Shown: positions 25,530-39,275 of the stretch, piece by piece | Numbering within the stretch: position 1 is the stretch's first letter | Layout of the letters: the number at the start of each line of letters is the position of its first letter | Assembly (NCBI GenBank): GCA_964016885.1 | Contig: OZ024740.1 | Location: forward strand, 148,366,001 to 148,430,000 | Direction: 5' to 3' | DNA from: Eledone cirrhosa | Taxonomy: Eukaryota | DNA length: 64,000 nucleotides | Notes under the pieces: model-generated | Told to the model about the DNA's origin: nothing | Database searches by the model: none | Seen by the model: only the letters and a program-made list of their open reading frames with translations | Made by a program: the position numbers and the translations under genes

Positions 25530-28083
25530 TATGAGGTTATATGTGTGCATTTGTGTGTAAAATTGTTATTGTTGATCTAAATATTATATATAGTAGATTG
25601 GACAACACCATTACTTTACAATATGCAACTATGGAATTGCAATTAAAATATAAACGTTTATTAGATATAGTTAATTGTTGATTCTTTCAAGATAAATGCA
25701 ACAGTTAAACATTTAACTTTAGGTAACAAAGACCTGAAAACTGGAATGGAAAATATATAACACATAAGAAATATATAACATATATATAACATCAAAGGAA
25801 AGTATATTAAATATCAATAAGAAATCTCTGCAGTTAATATGTTTTTCTTAATATGACCAGATTTCCGTTAGCTCATCTAATTAGATTTAGTCAGGGATTA
25901 ATCATTAACCACTCTACTTTTCTGCTGGAAAATAGTCAGCTCAGCTCTAGAGTAAATGTTTAAGCAGAACGCAGAATTTCCACTCACATGTCGTTACGTA
26001 TACATTTCTTCATAGCTTTTTATGACTGGATCTAAAGTAATCAGATAACTTTTATGCATATAACAGCCCCAAACATCGTTAATCCTTATAGCAGTTCATA
26101 ATTCTGGCTTCTTGTCTAAAGTTTCATAAATAACTATTTAGCACAGTGTGGTTAAGCTGAACTACAACAAAGGAATTTCGTAATCGGTTTACGACGCAAA
26201 TGGGATAGGCAATCGGAGACAAAATGAATTAAAATCCTCTCACCCTATTTTCCTTTTTGGCAGACAGTTTTTTTAATTGTTTTCTTTGGGTTACATTTTC
26301 AATGAACAAAGATTTGAGATTATAATTTGACAAAAAGCCAAATAAATGATCTGTTGTAAATCAGAATCAGGCGTTAATTTATTTATATTTTACTTCTAAA
26401 ATAGATCATGAAAAGCTTTAATAGTTTTCTGAAAATCAGACACCATGTATATAATAATTAGGTTTATGGAGTAGGCTGTTATATTGTTTGCAGGAACGCG
26501 TAGTGATATGTCTTTGTAAACAATATTATATTTTACCTTCTCAATATTTATCTGAAAGATGTTAAAAAAATACAGAAAAAAATTACAACAAAAAGATACA
26601 AAAACATTTCCTCTTCTACTGTTGGCGGTGTAATATATTCTCTAAGCTTTTCATTTGATCAACTGACATATACACTGACATTATGTATCTCTTTCGGTAT
26701 CAAGTTTTGTCAGTTCTTTTCTTTTTCTCTTCTCTGGCGTAGTAACGGTTCATCCTCCATCACACACACACACACACGCGCGCACCAACACACACACACA
26801 CATCAACAGACACACACCACCACATACACATACACATACATACACACACACACACACCAACACACATACAAATGTTTCTCTCTTTTCTCTAATTAAATGA
26901 TGAAATTTCTTTCTCTGTTCATTCTGTCTGTATATACCCCCCTCTCTCTCCCACATTCTCTTTTCCCTTCTTACATTCTCTTTTGCACTTTGCATCATCT
27001 CTTTCCTTCCCTTCATTTATTTATATATCCATATCTATTTAGCGACGTAGGCTCGAATGTAAATCCACTCACATATACACACACGGGTTCTCTCTGTCTT
27101 TCTTATCTTTTCTCTAACTGCGTGTCTTTTGCGCTAATTTCCTTTCGGACTACCTTTCCAGCAATGCAGGCAGGAGAGGGTTTTCTCTGTAGCGCAATTG
27201 TTGAAAGTCTCTTCTCGAAGTTTGTTCCTTCAGTTGGCAAGACTTGGAAGTGATCAGTTTATTTTTCAAAATGGAGGGATTGTTGGAACACTGGTTATGA
27301 ATATCAACGATATAGCTTAGAGGAAGTAATTCAGAAGGGCGTTCGACAACTTAAATACACATATAATAAGGTGTAACTCACACATTCACACCCGGTCCTA
27401 TATATGTTGATAATAAACATGTTCTCGCTAGCTATTATATTATTGTTATAAGCTATTATTGTTATTTTTCATTAACGCACATTGCATGATAAATCAATCC
27501 ACAAAACCCTTCGCAAAGACCACCCTTGCCTCATGTACAACTATTCTTGAAACTTTTGCAGCTTTCCCTATAAACAATGGAAATTGAAATTGAGACATAA
27601 AGAAACAACGACATAGGTTTTGACACTAGCATTGGTTCCCGAAATTTGACTTGGGCTATGCTGGAGATCACCATTTAATATAAGATGCTTACAACAGATG
27701 TGTTTCTTAAGCATTCACTTATCTAAGTACTAACCATATTGAACATTGCTTAACTTCTACAATTGGTCGCATTTTTTCAGCTTGATAGAGCCGTAACTAT
27801 GCATGATAGTTTTTATAACAGACGTGATATTTGTGAAACAAAATAATTAGCATAAGAAAATTATGTGCCATGCGTTAAGTATGTTAACTATTATTTCCCC
27901 AAACAAGGTTGTTGTTTATAACTAATAATATCTTATCGATGTAGTGACTTATCGTCCTCACTTTAATAGTTTGTCATAGAGTTTGACTATCTTGAAGATA
28001 AATTCCAATCGCGAATTTCTATCGATTAAAATAGGTGTCAGAGAAAAACTTGATTAAAGAATTTGATAAACGAGTGTCTTAGC

Positions 28084-28131
28084 TGCTCTTTTAAATAGTG
28101 TGCATCGTTATGCACACTATTTAAAAGAGCA
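28084..28131. repeat. Perfect 22-bp-stem hairpin
   Basis: tgctcttttaaatagtgtgcat-cgtt-atgcacactatttaaaagagca. Confidence 0.9.
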
Positions 28132-28219
28132 ACAACCCAGTAGGTATTTAAAGAAAATACATAAATTCCAATTTATACTTTGATTATATATATACAAATA
28201 TATATAAATATATATGTGT

Positions 28220-28287
<68 letters not shown>

Positions 28288-28631
28288 ATTTATCTCGACG
28301 TTTCTCCGTAGTTAGGAAAAATTGTTCGTCCTCAATTCTATAAAGCTTTGCAATTAAATGTGCCTAGGGAATAATTTAATTTTAGTTGTACTGAAAAGTA
28401 TTTGTTGATTGGAATTCGAGGCAACAAGAAATGAAAGCAAGCGTAAAGTTTTGACGAAATCCAATATAAGGAATCTAATCTATTGGGGTTACAAACCAAA
28501 CGTAAAATACCTGGATCATGTACAACAGCTGAATTATTTAGTAAACAAATTAAAAGAGATTCAATTTAATGGAATTCTCTTCAAATCAAAAGCTGGTGTT
28601 ATAATATTGGATTGATGCTCACTAAAAATAC

Positions 28632-28721
<90 letters not shown>

Positions 28722-29475
28722 ATGAATTTTACATTTCTTGAGGATAAGTTTGACTTACATGTTTTAAAAGAAGAAAATGATTTAAACGTTTCATGAAGGT
28801 GGCCTTTAGATATAAAATGGACGATTTCTGGGACAGGCACAGCAAAGAATGTTCTCCGTTTTGAGTTGGAATGATGGTGGAAGCTTTTGAATTTGGCATC
28901 TGTAAAGTGAGACAGATTGAATAAAAAGATTTTGCTGCGCGTGTACATTGTGGAGTTACAAGAAAAAGAAAAAGTGAAAGTGGATATGGTAGTTGTATCT
29001 ACTGGGTTTCTTATCTGGTAACATACAGAAGGGTTCAGTGAGGTTAATAGAAATACTTTTGGTTACAGAGAAAAAAGAACCCTTTGTTATAGAAACACAA
29101 AGACCGATCGATTAAGCATCTAAACTATGGTTCATATGTTTATGCCCAGATAAACATTGTTCCATGTTAAATGAAAGCTGTTTATTTTATTTGTTTACTA
29201 TACTAATTGAGTAAAAGATATAGTAGTTTCTTTCGCGAAATACTTATTTGTAACATTATTATAAACAAAGCTTATCCTGTATTAGCTTTGTCACTTTCTC
29301 TCGCTCTCTTTAACCAGTTCATTTTTTCTTTCATTCGATCTTCGTATTTCCTTTATTTGTCTCATTTTGTGTACGACCTACCGTTGATCGTTAGTAATAA
29401 CTGATCACCTTTGATATTTCATTGTCCCACAAGCAAACACTAACAGAAACTCGAGCATATATATATATATATCTA

Positions 29476-29530
<55 letters not shown>

Positions 29531-29700
29531 GCGATATATCGTCACAAGTAGTTGATTGCTAGTATGCAGCATTTTTTTCTTGGGTTTTAGGTGCTTACGC
29601 AGTCGTGAGCAGACACACAGTCGATCCTCAATCTCTTGACGCATTGGAACATCCAGAATGTGACAGAGAGAGGTTCTACAAAAGAACTGGGTTGTTATAT

Positions 29701-29735
<35 letters not shown>

Positions 29736-29736
<1 letters not shown>

Positions 29737-30160
29737 CAAAGAAAATGTGGTAAGATACCCGGTGGATCATAACGCACCAGATTACTCGATACTTAGGGTA
29801 GTAGAGTGGGTAATAGGAAAATAGTCAGGACCCCGACGGCTGATCTCTGGCCGTTTCGAATCTAGGCCTTCGATAGTGTCGAGATGAATGCGGTGCTACA
29901 GTCCCAGGAGAAGCAAGGTGTTGAGGCGCAGTGCATGAAACTCCTTAGAGAGGTGAATTCGGGAAGAACTATGGACGTGGCTTTCATCATCACTTGCGCG
30001 TGTCTCAGTCGAGACTGGTGTCCAACAAGGAAATACCATCTCTCCGAAGCTCTTCACGGATTGTCGCCTAATGGTTATCAGCGAGATCTACTGGGACGGC
30101 GGCGTGCAAATCAACGGCGAGCTGCTCCAGATGGCATTAAGCTCATCTCAGAAAGTACTG
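29736..30160 (-). mobile_element. GC-richer non-coding repeat element inserted in (TA)n/(CA)n
   Basis: Shares ~120 bp with 24603-24724. The minus strand has GAAA-cggc..gccg-TC, a hammerhead 3' half. Confidence 0.55.
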
Positions 30161-30217
30161 AACACACACACATATATAAACATGCATAGACACAGACACA
30201 CACACACGCACACACAT

Positions 30218-30321
<104 letters not shown>

Positions 30322-30856
30322 TCATATATATATATGTATATATATATATAACTCAGTAATGATGAAAGCATAAACGAAGCTGATTACATTTCCAAGAAAT
30401 ATAATATTCAACAATGTTTAGTAATTTTGCAATAATTTCCAAACGTATATATATTATAAGGTAGCCTAACAGAACTGACGTCTTCCCGTCAGTAGGCGCT
30501 CCTTACTTTCTGGTTGGCGGCTAACAACATTTTATGAGCTATCAGTTAAATGTAATACATGAAAACCTGATATGATCATTACATGCCATCTGTGTTAATT
30601 ATCTTTGCTTGTAGACACCCACTGTAATCAGATAAATAGAAGTCTTTTTTTTTTCTTCTCACCAATTTACTTGCCTTACCCCGCCCCTCATATCAAACAG
30701 TACGTCTAATGCTTTCTATATTTTCCCACACATTGGTTGTCTGATGACAAAGGCAAAGAAGACGACGGAAAAGAACAAAAAGAAAAGAGATAAATGAAAC
30801 TGGAATGAGAATAAAGGACGGCAATTACAAAGAAGAAGAAGAAGAAGAAGAAGAAG

Positions 30857-30887
<31 letters not shown>

Positions 30888-31250
30888 GTAATATTTGTTT
30901 TCATAAATCTGTAATGCAAAAAAGAAGATACAATGACAGATATACCAAAAGAGGAAATATGACCAAACAGTTAAAACACAAAACTACATGAATATAGGAA
31001 CCTCTCTTCTGCTGTGGGTCGGATTTAATCATTGTTTTGAAACTCTTTGTGTTTACTGTATAGAAATAGGTGAAAAAGTTTTTTTTATGGCTTAATAATT
31101 GATATACATCAACGAATTGGACTAGTGAAGCATCCTTTTCCTGGATGGGGACAAGAATTTCAAATGCTTTATAATATAGAAACGAAGCGCTCCACGATCC
31201 ATTGAAAGTCTGGAAATAAGTAGCAAGACAAACTGTTTGAAAAACATTTA

Positions 31251-33319
31251 CACTAGGGAACAATTTTCCAACTGATTCTAAGTAGTTTTTTAACGCTGAT
31301 TTCAAATGTAAAATCGGGTTTTGTCAGCATGCTCTAGTTTTTATGCAATTAGAAATTCAGGATTTTTCCGAAATTGGTATATCTATAGGGAATTCATATA
31401 TGCTTTTATTTGTTTTAGATCTAATGATGTCTTCTTCAACTAGATTTAAATGTAGACATGATCCCAATGCATTTCATTACATATGTGGCTGCTACTAACT
31501 TGTTCATCAAAGGCGCAATATAACAAAGTTTGGAAGACGTGCCTATAAGGTCTATTACGACGTTCACCTTGGTGACCAAGGCAGGTAGTAGTCTCCACAT
31601 ATGGTGTACCATAATTGCGAGGAAAGTCTTCGTAACTGGATAAAAAGAACACATAAAGATCTAGCTTTTGGGGTCTCTATGGTTGCTGATAGCCAAAGGA
31701 TCACATAATTGACTGTTATCTTTGCCTGGTTAACACTAAAGGAGTTGGCAAGAAAAAACTGGCATACGATCTCCTATCCAAGTATTCCCTCTGAAATTCG
31801 ACTTATCCCTCATTCTGAGGAACTTCCAGATCCAGTTTTTAATGGATATGTTTCCTCTAAAAATGAAAATTGTAAATCTGATCAGGAGTTTGAAGAAATG
31901 GTCTCATGTTCGAAAGACCCTCATCGAATGCCAAACAGTGATCTCATAATTTTAGTCAGGCAGAACTGAATGACTTGATTTGGCTCTCTCCAAGGAAGCA
32001 GTATAAATGAAAAGAATCTTTTTGAAAGATCTGAAAAGTCTCATGTTTCAGATCGCAGGAGCGTGTGAACATTTGTTTTCAGAAGTCAAGCAATTTGTTT
32101 ACTGCCACGATATTCCTGGTTTTCTCGCACAGTTAGGGGTTGTATAACCCTTCAGAATGGCGATTGTTTTTGGACAATTCTAAGCGCACCTCAAATTTGT
32201 TCTCACGCATAATGGCAATGCTTTTCACGCGGTACATTTGCGAGAAACATAAAAATTGTCATTGACTTATTTAAAAATCCCGAGCAAAACTGGATCATTT
32301 GTATGGACATAAAAATTGTCAAATTCCTCCTCGAGCAAGGTTTTATTTAATTTCCATGCTATTTCTGCGTATGGGACAGTCGAGCTCCAGACAAACACTG
32401 GTTCAAGAGGGAATGGCTCATCCATGAAACTTTGAAAGAAGGCATGCCAAACATTGTGAATGACCCGATCATTAGCCGAGAGAAGATTATTCCTTCTCCA
32501 TTTCATCTTAAGCTTAGCTTAATGAAGCAGTTTGTCAAGGTATTGAGTACTGATAGTGAATGATTTCAGCACACAATGTTTGCTTTTTCTGCTTTGTCTT
32601 TCCAGAAAATCAAAGCGAGCGTATTTGATGAGCCTCAAATTCGTGGCCTTGTACATGATGAGGAATTTATCAGAATGATGAATGACAAAGGATAGATAAC
32701 GTTGCTATCGTTCGAGGCGGTTATGAAACTTTCTTTGTTACAGATAACTATAAGGTTTTTGTTGCCGAAAGGATGTTGGTTTTTCGCTACGTAAGTATCA
32801 AGCTTCATTTCTTGAATGGCCACCTTCAACATTTCGCTGAGAACATTGACTCTATACGCGATGAACAGGAGAGCGCTTCCATCAAGACCCCACGATGATG
32901 GATGAGCGTTATCAAAGCCGTTGGAACACACATATGATGGCAGACTACTGCTGGAGTATCAAACTAGATGACCCTGACAAAGTCTATAAACACAAAAGCT
33001 ACAAAAAAATATTCTGCTAAATTAGGAACTTTAGTACATGTTGTGAGGAATTTAAACGCTGTTGAGAATAAATAATTATCTTGCCTAAAAGGTTGTATCA
33101 AGCCCAAATTTAAGATACTATGACCATCAATTTTTTAGATAGAACATGAATTTATACGAAATGTGTGGACATTTCGTAATGAATGCAAAATTTGAATTGC
33201 AAAATAGAAATCCGTAGCTTAGCTTATAGAGAAATCTGACATCAGATTTGAATTCAGCATATCCAAATTAAGTAAGTAAAGTGCCAGTATCAATGCAGCA
33301 AAATGTTTGTTCCCCAGAG
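31251..33319 (+). mobile_element. Decayed Chapaev3 (CMC)-like DNA transposon
   Basis: Imperfect TIRs cactagggaacaa / ttgttccccagag, with a subterminal gctgatttcaaat / atttgaattcagc pair. Frameshifted transposase motifs EWRLFLD, PCYFCVWDSRA, HLKLSLMKQFVK, KLHFL, DEQ.ERFHQD, HMMADYCWSIK. Confidence 0.75.
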
Positions 33320-33940
33320 TAATCATTCATTAAAACAATTATATTCTTTTATTTGTATTAATTACAGGGACATCACATTCAAGAGCTTTAATCGATCATA
33401 TTGATCCATGTAAATACTGGACATAAGCGCACAGCATAAATAACAAAACCAACACAACGTAAGATCTCATAAAACATCTTACTATACAAGCATAAGAAAC
33501 ATTGTCAATAATGTACTTTAAAAAAGAATGAGATACTACTTGATACTATTAAGAACCCATAGCTAAACAGAAATTTAAAACTCATGACGTCATGAAGGCA
33601 CCGCACGTATATTTCCTTGGGATGTTTCAAGCCTATAGACTTTTCAGATGTATAAACATGAAGACGATATTACGAAATAATATCTGAGCTTAGTAATATT
33701 CTTCAGCATTACTTCAAATACACTTGGTAAAAGTATATATATGGACGTGAGGAAATGTACTCAATAACGAAGTAGATTTTAAATATCATTTATTATGGCT
33801 GTTACAGTGAACCTTGTTACTCTGGAGTTTCAGCTTCGCACTCGCTGGATATCCCGCGAGTGCCCAGGTAAAACTCACTGCTTAGTCGTAAGAATTTTAT
33901 ATATATATATATATATATATAAAATTTTATATATATATAT

Positions 33941-34010
<70 letters not shown>

Positions 34011-34013
<3 letters not shown>

Positions 34014-35296
34014 GGTAAACATTGATGCAATTCAATTCAAGCACTCAATATACTTTTTCCACATAGGAGTGACGGAGTAAATACGAATAAGGAAAAGCGA
34101 AGTAGTTTCAGATGTTCAAGTCCTTTAATAATAATGCTGTGATATATATTTCAATGGCGACACTGGCCACACTGTTCTGTGTGCGAGTGTCGTGACATCA
34201 TCAGACAGCTTGTTACATAATAAGGTTATGTTTCCGAGGCAATCCAAATTGAATCGACATGGGAACGGATGAAATGCGTGCTTTTGGGGTTTCTCACCCG
34301 TTCCCCTGTGAGTACCAATTCACCCCCACCGGTCTGCGCATGCGCATGTCCGAAGGAAGTTGACCATTAGCTACCGCAGATTTCAACGAAATTCGCTTAG
34401 TCAGTTCACCCTCTCAGCCACACAATGGCTCGTACCATAGTTTACTGCTACCCATCCCGACTGTGGCAGTCAGCCGAAAGCCAGAGGGGATGGAGAGTGT
34501 TAGTTTTTACAGGTCATAATACTACCTCTCACCTAGCGTGGACAGTACGACTATAGATTGAAGTGAGTACCCCTCAATTCAATCTATACATTGACAGATT
34601 ACCCTCCGTTCTAATGTACGGCACTGTCGTTCAATATGTGGATAGAGTAACTGTGACACTAGAACCCCTCTCAGAACTTCTTACTTAAACATCTCTCTCC
34701 ATATTATTTACTCACTTCAATCTATATTTTTTTACTCACCTCAATCCGAATTCTCACTTGAAAAAATGTTTAACTTTTAATTTCTAATTGTTAATTTTTT
34801 AATTGTTTAATATATAATTTCTGATATTTGATTTAGGACTTTAATTTTTATTTCCAACTCTCACTCTTAACTTACAATGTAAAACCATGATACCTAGAAT
34901 TAAGTTTATTTTCCCTTTGAGTTGATGGTCAGTCGTACTGTCCACGCTAGGTGAGAGGTAGTATTATGACCTGTAAAAACTAACACTCTCCATCCCCTCT
35001 GGCTTTCGGCTGACTGCCACAGTCGGGATGGGTAGCAGTAAACTATGGTACGAGCCATTGTGTGGCTGAGAGGGTGAACTGACTAAGCGAATTTCGTTGA
35101 AATCTGCGGTAGCTAATGGTCAACTTCCTTCGGACATGCGCATGCGCAGGCCGGTGGGGTGAATTGGTACTCACAGGGGAACGGGTGAGAAACCCCAAAA
35201 GCACGCATTTCATCCGTTCCCATGTCGATTCAATTTGGATTGCCTCGGAAACATAACCTTATTATGTAACAAGCTGTCTGATGATATCACGACACT

Positions 35297-35299
<3 letters not shown>
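34011..35299. mobile_element. PLE-like pLTR element with a 368-bp inverted repeat, inserted in (TA)n
   Basis: 34185-34552 is the reverse complement of 34931-35297. The right arm is truncated inside the hammerhead (gctgt-CTGATGA at 35273-35284). Confidence 0.85.
34136..34209 (-). ncRNA. Type-I hammerhead ribozyme motif
   Basis: Minus strand: gctgt-CTGATGA-..cgacact..agtgtcg..-GAAA-tatata-TC-acagc. Stem I is perfect and stem III is palindromic. Confidence 0.85.
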
Positions 35300-35344
<45 letters not shown>

Positions 35345-35349
<5 letters not shown>

Positions 35350-36120
35350 CGGACTTAAGCCCACAAGATTCATTGACTTGTCTCTCTTTTCCTCGCTTTA
35401 CGTTGCATTACTACCATGTTGTTTGTTTCCTTTCCTCTGTTTTCCTCTGTCCCGATAACTTAATTTAGTTATCGCTCGCACTGATTTTAGGTATCTAGTC
35501 TTTAATGCGAAGAAATACCAACGATAAACAGCAGACTACTGATGAAGGACTTTCTTGTTTCTTGGTCTATTTTTATTCATTTGTTCATATCGCAACAACG
35601 CAGCACGCCATTTTTCATTCACATATATTTTTTCCCTTCGCTGTGGTTCGTATTTTTTCTGTCACCTTACTGCTATCCCCTCTTTCTATCTCCCCCTTCT
35701 CTCTCCTTCACCTCTTGCCTTCCTCCACTCCCGCTGCTGGTCACGCACTCTCGGCTGGCCCCTTCCTCACACTTTCACTCACTCACTCTCTACTACTCCC
35801 CCTCTCTCACTTCCTCCCGCATGACCTGCTTGAATTTCTTTCCTCTCTCAATCTTCTCGTGGCTCGGACGCGTCTATTTCTTCTCGTCATTTTGATTTGT
35901 CGGACTTAAGCCAACAAGATTCATTGACTTGTCTCTCTTTTCCTCGCTTTACGTTGCATTACTACCATGTTGTTTGTTTCCTTTCCTCTGTTTTCATCTG
36001 TCCCGATAACTTAATTTAGTTATCGCTCGCACTGATTTTAGGTATCTAGTTTTTAATGCGAAGAAATACCAACGATAATCAGCAGACTAAAGGACATTCT
36101 TGTTTCTTGGTCTATTTTTA
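35345..36120 (+). mobile_element. ~551-bp-unit non-coding element, 1.4 tandem copies, inside (TA)n; related to 16513-17399
   Basis: 35345-35575 is repeated at 35896-36120. It shares taacttaatttagtta, taatgcgaagaaatacc and agactactgatga with the 16.5-kb element. Confidence 0.75.
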
Positions 36121-36160
36121 TATATATATAGTTATTTATTTATCTATCTATAATACACAC

Positions 36161-36238
<78 letters not shown>

Positions 36239-36336
36239 GATATTTTACTGAATATTTAAATCTCAATTGTTGAGAATAACAAAAACGACCAACCCCGAAT
36301 AAAGAAAGGTATTCTACTATATACATTACTTTTTTT

Positions 36337-36405
<69 letters not shown>

Positions 36406-37725
36406 AAACACGAAGTGACCTAGCTACGTTAACCTGAACTTGAAATCAGACGGTCTTTAAAAAAACGGTCAATAGAATCCCATTTCCTTCCATATCCAGT
36501 CTATTATCCAGCGGACCTCATTAGACTTGCTCGTGTAAGCTTTAGAGCGAAGACGTGCATGATCCTGCAATGAAGCCACCTATGATGACTGCAGTGTACT
36601 GTAACGAAGCACTGTCAGCAGGAAGGAAACATGAACATACGAACAATATCTATCTAACTACTATCTTGAAAGTAGTAAAATTTTATACACTATATATACT
36701 GCGGCATCGATTTAAAAACCACGTGCTCGAATTATCTATCGTTCTAATCAGAAAATATTTACCGAACAGCTTCAGAAGTACAAGCTACTTAGTAAGAACA
36801 ACATAATGGTAAGCTAAATATACATGAAAAACATCAAGTTCCATTAAGAATCACAGTTTAAACATATTGCGGACAACCGAAGTATAGATTCTTGCCACTA
36901 AAAGGCATATCCATAGCAAATTCCATTATTAATGTATTGCGTTTATACCAGCAATATATCATCATTATATATTATTACATACACGCATTATCGGACCTTT
37001 ACAGGCACTCTTTCAAAAAAATATCTACACAACAGTTTCTTCTGTTCTCGCTAGTTTGTGAACGCCAAAACACTTTCGAAAAATATTTGAAAATCAAGAG
37101 GTAAAAGAAAACATCGCCAACAGTGCATATATAATTTCAGATGTGACACAAGCATTAATGAACGAAGTTATGTAACATGTGTCGTGGTGGTGGTGTTATT
37201 GTTGTGTAACTGTTGTCGTCTTTCTAGATATCATATTCTTTTCAATCAACGTCGTCAATCACTTTAATCATTTCGCCATGGTTGCTATCCTATCAATAAT
37301 CCACCACAGCTGCAACTCTATTTCTATTACCGCCTAAAACCACGAAAACAGCAACAAACTAAAAGGTTAAAGAACAAAGCATGAATGATAAAAATAAAAT
37401 AGTAGCAATATGAGAAGTAAAATAACGCGTTTTTCCTAATTAATCTCAAGACCGAAATAATGACTTAATGAAACACTTTTAGATTAAGTGGTATTTAAAG
37501 GACAAATTAATAATATAAAGTGATTATTGGAACCATAAGCAATCTGATAAGGCTAGCAGATGATCCATGAAAATTGATTCCCATCCAAAAGTGTAATTTC
37601 TGGCCCGTGTACAACATGAGGCAAGAGAAATAATACACGTATAGATTCAGACATTGAAAGAGATTTGAAATATATATACACATGTTGACGCAAAAAGAAA
37701 CATACATACATAAATACATATAAAT

Positions 37726-37782
<57 letters not shown>

Positions 37783-37967
37783 CGTGCGCGTGTGTGTGTG
37801 TGTGTGTGTACTTAGGTGAGAATGATAGGTCTTTTGGTCCAACATTTTTTCTGCATGATTAGCAAAATACCGGATTAACAAATAGAAACTACTATAATCT
37901 GATAATCTATGCGTTAACAAATGACACTGTGACTCTCAACTACACAAATCACGCTTGCTAATGCGTC

Positions 37968-38069
<102 letters not shown>

Positions 38070-38211
38070 GATAGATAGATAGATATGCGTGTTCGGGGTG
38101 TGTGGCTTTTGTAAACGTCACATCTTTCTTTATCTGGTTGTTTTCATTTTCGCATTACAGAATTAAGAGGAATAACGTTATTAGGAATTTGCTTATGAAA
38201 ACAAATATTAC

Positions 38212-38242
<31 letters not shown>

Positions 38243-38349
38243 CTTCTTCTTCTTCTTCTCAACGTTGTGTCTTTTCACGTCAGACCAGACTGCAGCATCA
38301 GCTCTTTGAATCTTAACTGTCGGACGTTCAGACATAATATGGTTCGTGA

Positions 38350-39080
38350 TGAGGTGGCAGCATCACCAGCGTCTCCTTGTTTTCTGGACTGTAAACACGT
38401 GTGGTTGTCAGATTCGCCTTTCCGTAGCTCGTTTCTTTGAAAGAGTTGCATGCAATCTTTGGTCAAGCGAAGACAATCGTGGAGTTGAGGCGTTTTCCAA
38501 CAGGAATATCGTCAAGCGCTCACTGCCCTCTCCCATTTAGGCAATGTGGTCGGTGGAAACTCTATTTTGGCGTTTTATAGACGATTAGTATTGGATAAAC
38601 GCTACAAGGTCCTCGAGATGAGTTTGGGCGTCAACAAACATCTACTAGCAGGTCTGTTTCAAGGATTTCAGTTCATGACAAATTCATAATTTCCAGAAAC
38701 ACTGGCCTGGTAGAGGGGGTGGGGCGGAATAAACCCTAAAGGAATAGAAGTTGGGCATGTCTACGATGGGCGCAGGGCAATGAAACTGCTCCGGACGCAC
38801 TCGTCTTGTACTTGAGCATTGTTAACTTGTGGATTTGCGTTGAATAATTGCTATGATCTTGAATAATTGATCGTTGAATAATTGGATATTTCAACGAGGA
38901 AGGGTGCATCTTCTTGGGGTTTTCTTGGTGATTAGGGTGGTTTTGGATCTGTGCGCTTCCTAATCTACCCCTGGGTAATGCCCTCTTATCATCTTATCAT
39001 TGTTTACACGCTTAATTATATCTAAATTCCCTCTGTTCAGTATTTTCGGGCCTAGTAGCCAATAAAGAAACTATTATCAT
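38350..39080 (+). mobile_element. Decayed 3' fragment of an L1/Tx1-like LINE
   Basis: ataatttccagaaacactggcctgg resembles the DNFQKSLAW segment of the intact ORF2, and the end gccaataaagaaac resembles ggctaataaagaaat. Confidence 0.6.
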
Positions 39081-39087
39081 TATTTGG

Positions 39088-39275
39088 ATTGGCAGTATCG
39101 TTAGAGGGTTGGACGCCATGCTTTGCAGCAAAGAGTTACGGCCCTTTATGGTCTGAGTTCAAATCCCGCCGAGGTTAACTTTGCCTTTCCTCCTTACGGG
39201 GTCGATAAAATAAAGTACCAGTAATACACTGATATAATTGCTGGCCTTGTGCCAAAAGTAGAAACAATTATTATT
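39088..39275 (+). mobile_element. tRNA-derived SINE
   Basis: B-box gagttcaaatcc, core gccgaggttaactttgcctttc..ggggtcgataaaataaagtaccag, and tail gtagaaacaattattatt. Confidence 0.85.

Noticed and set aside
26030-26450. Tc1/mariner-like terminus (gacaccatgta)
   Set aside because: I could not locate the matching opposite TIR or any transposase remnant.
28750-28950. Possible minus-strand host exon after a tttacag acceptor; gcgtgtacattgtgg is shared with ~44226
   Set aside because: No recognisable protein motif or partner exons, so it cannot be supported without RNA-seq.
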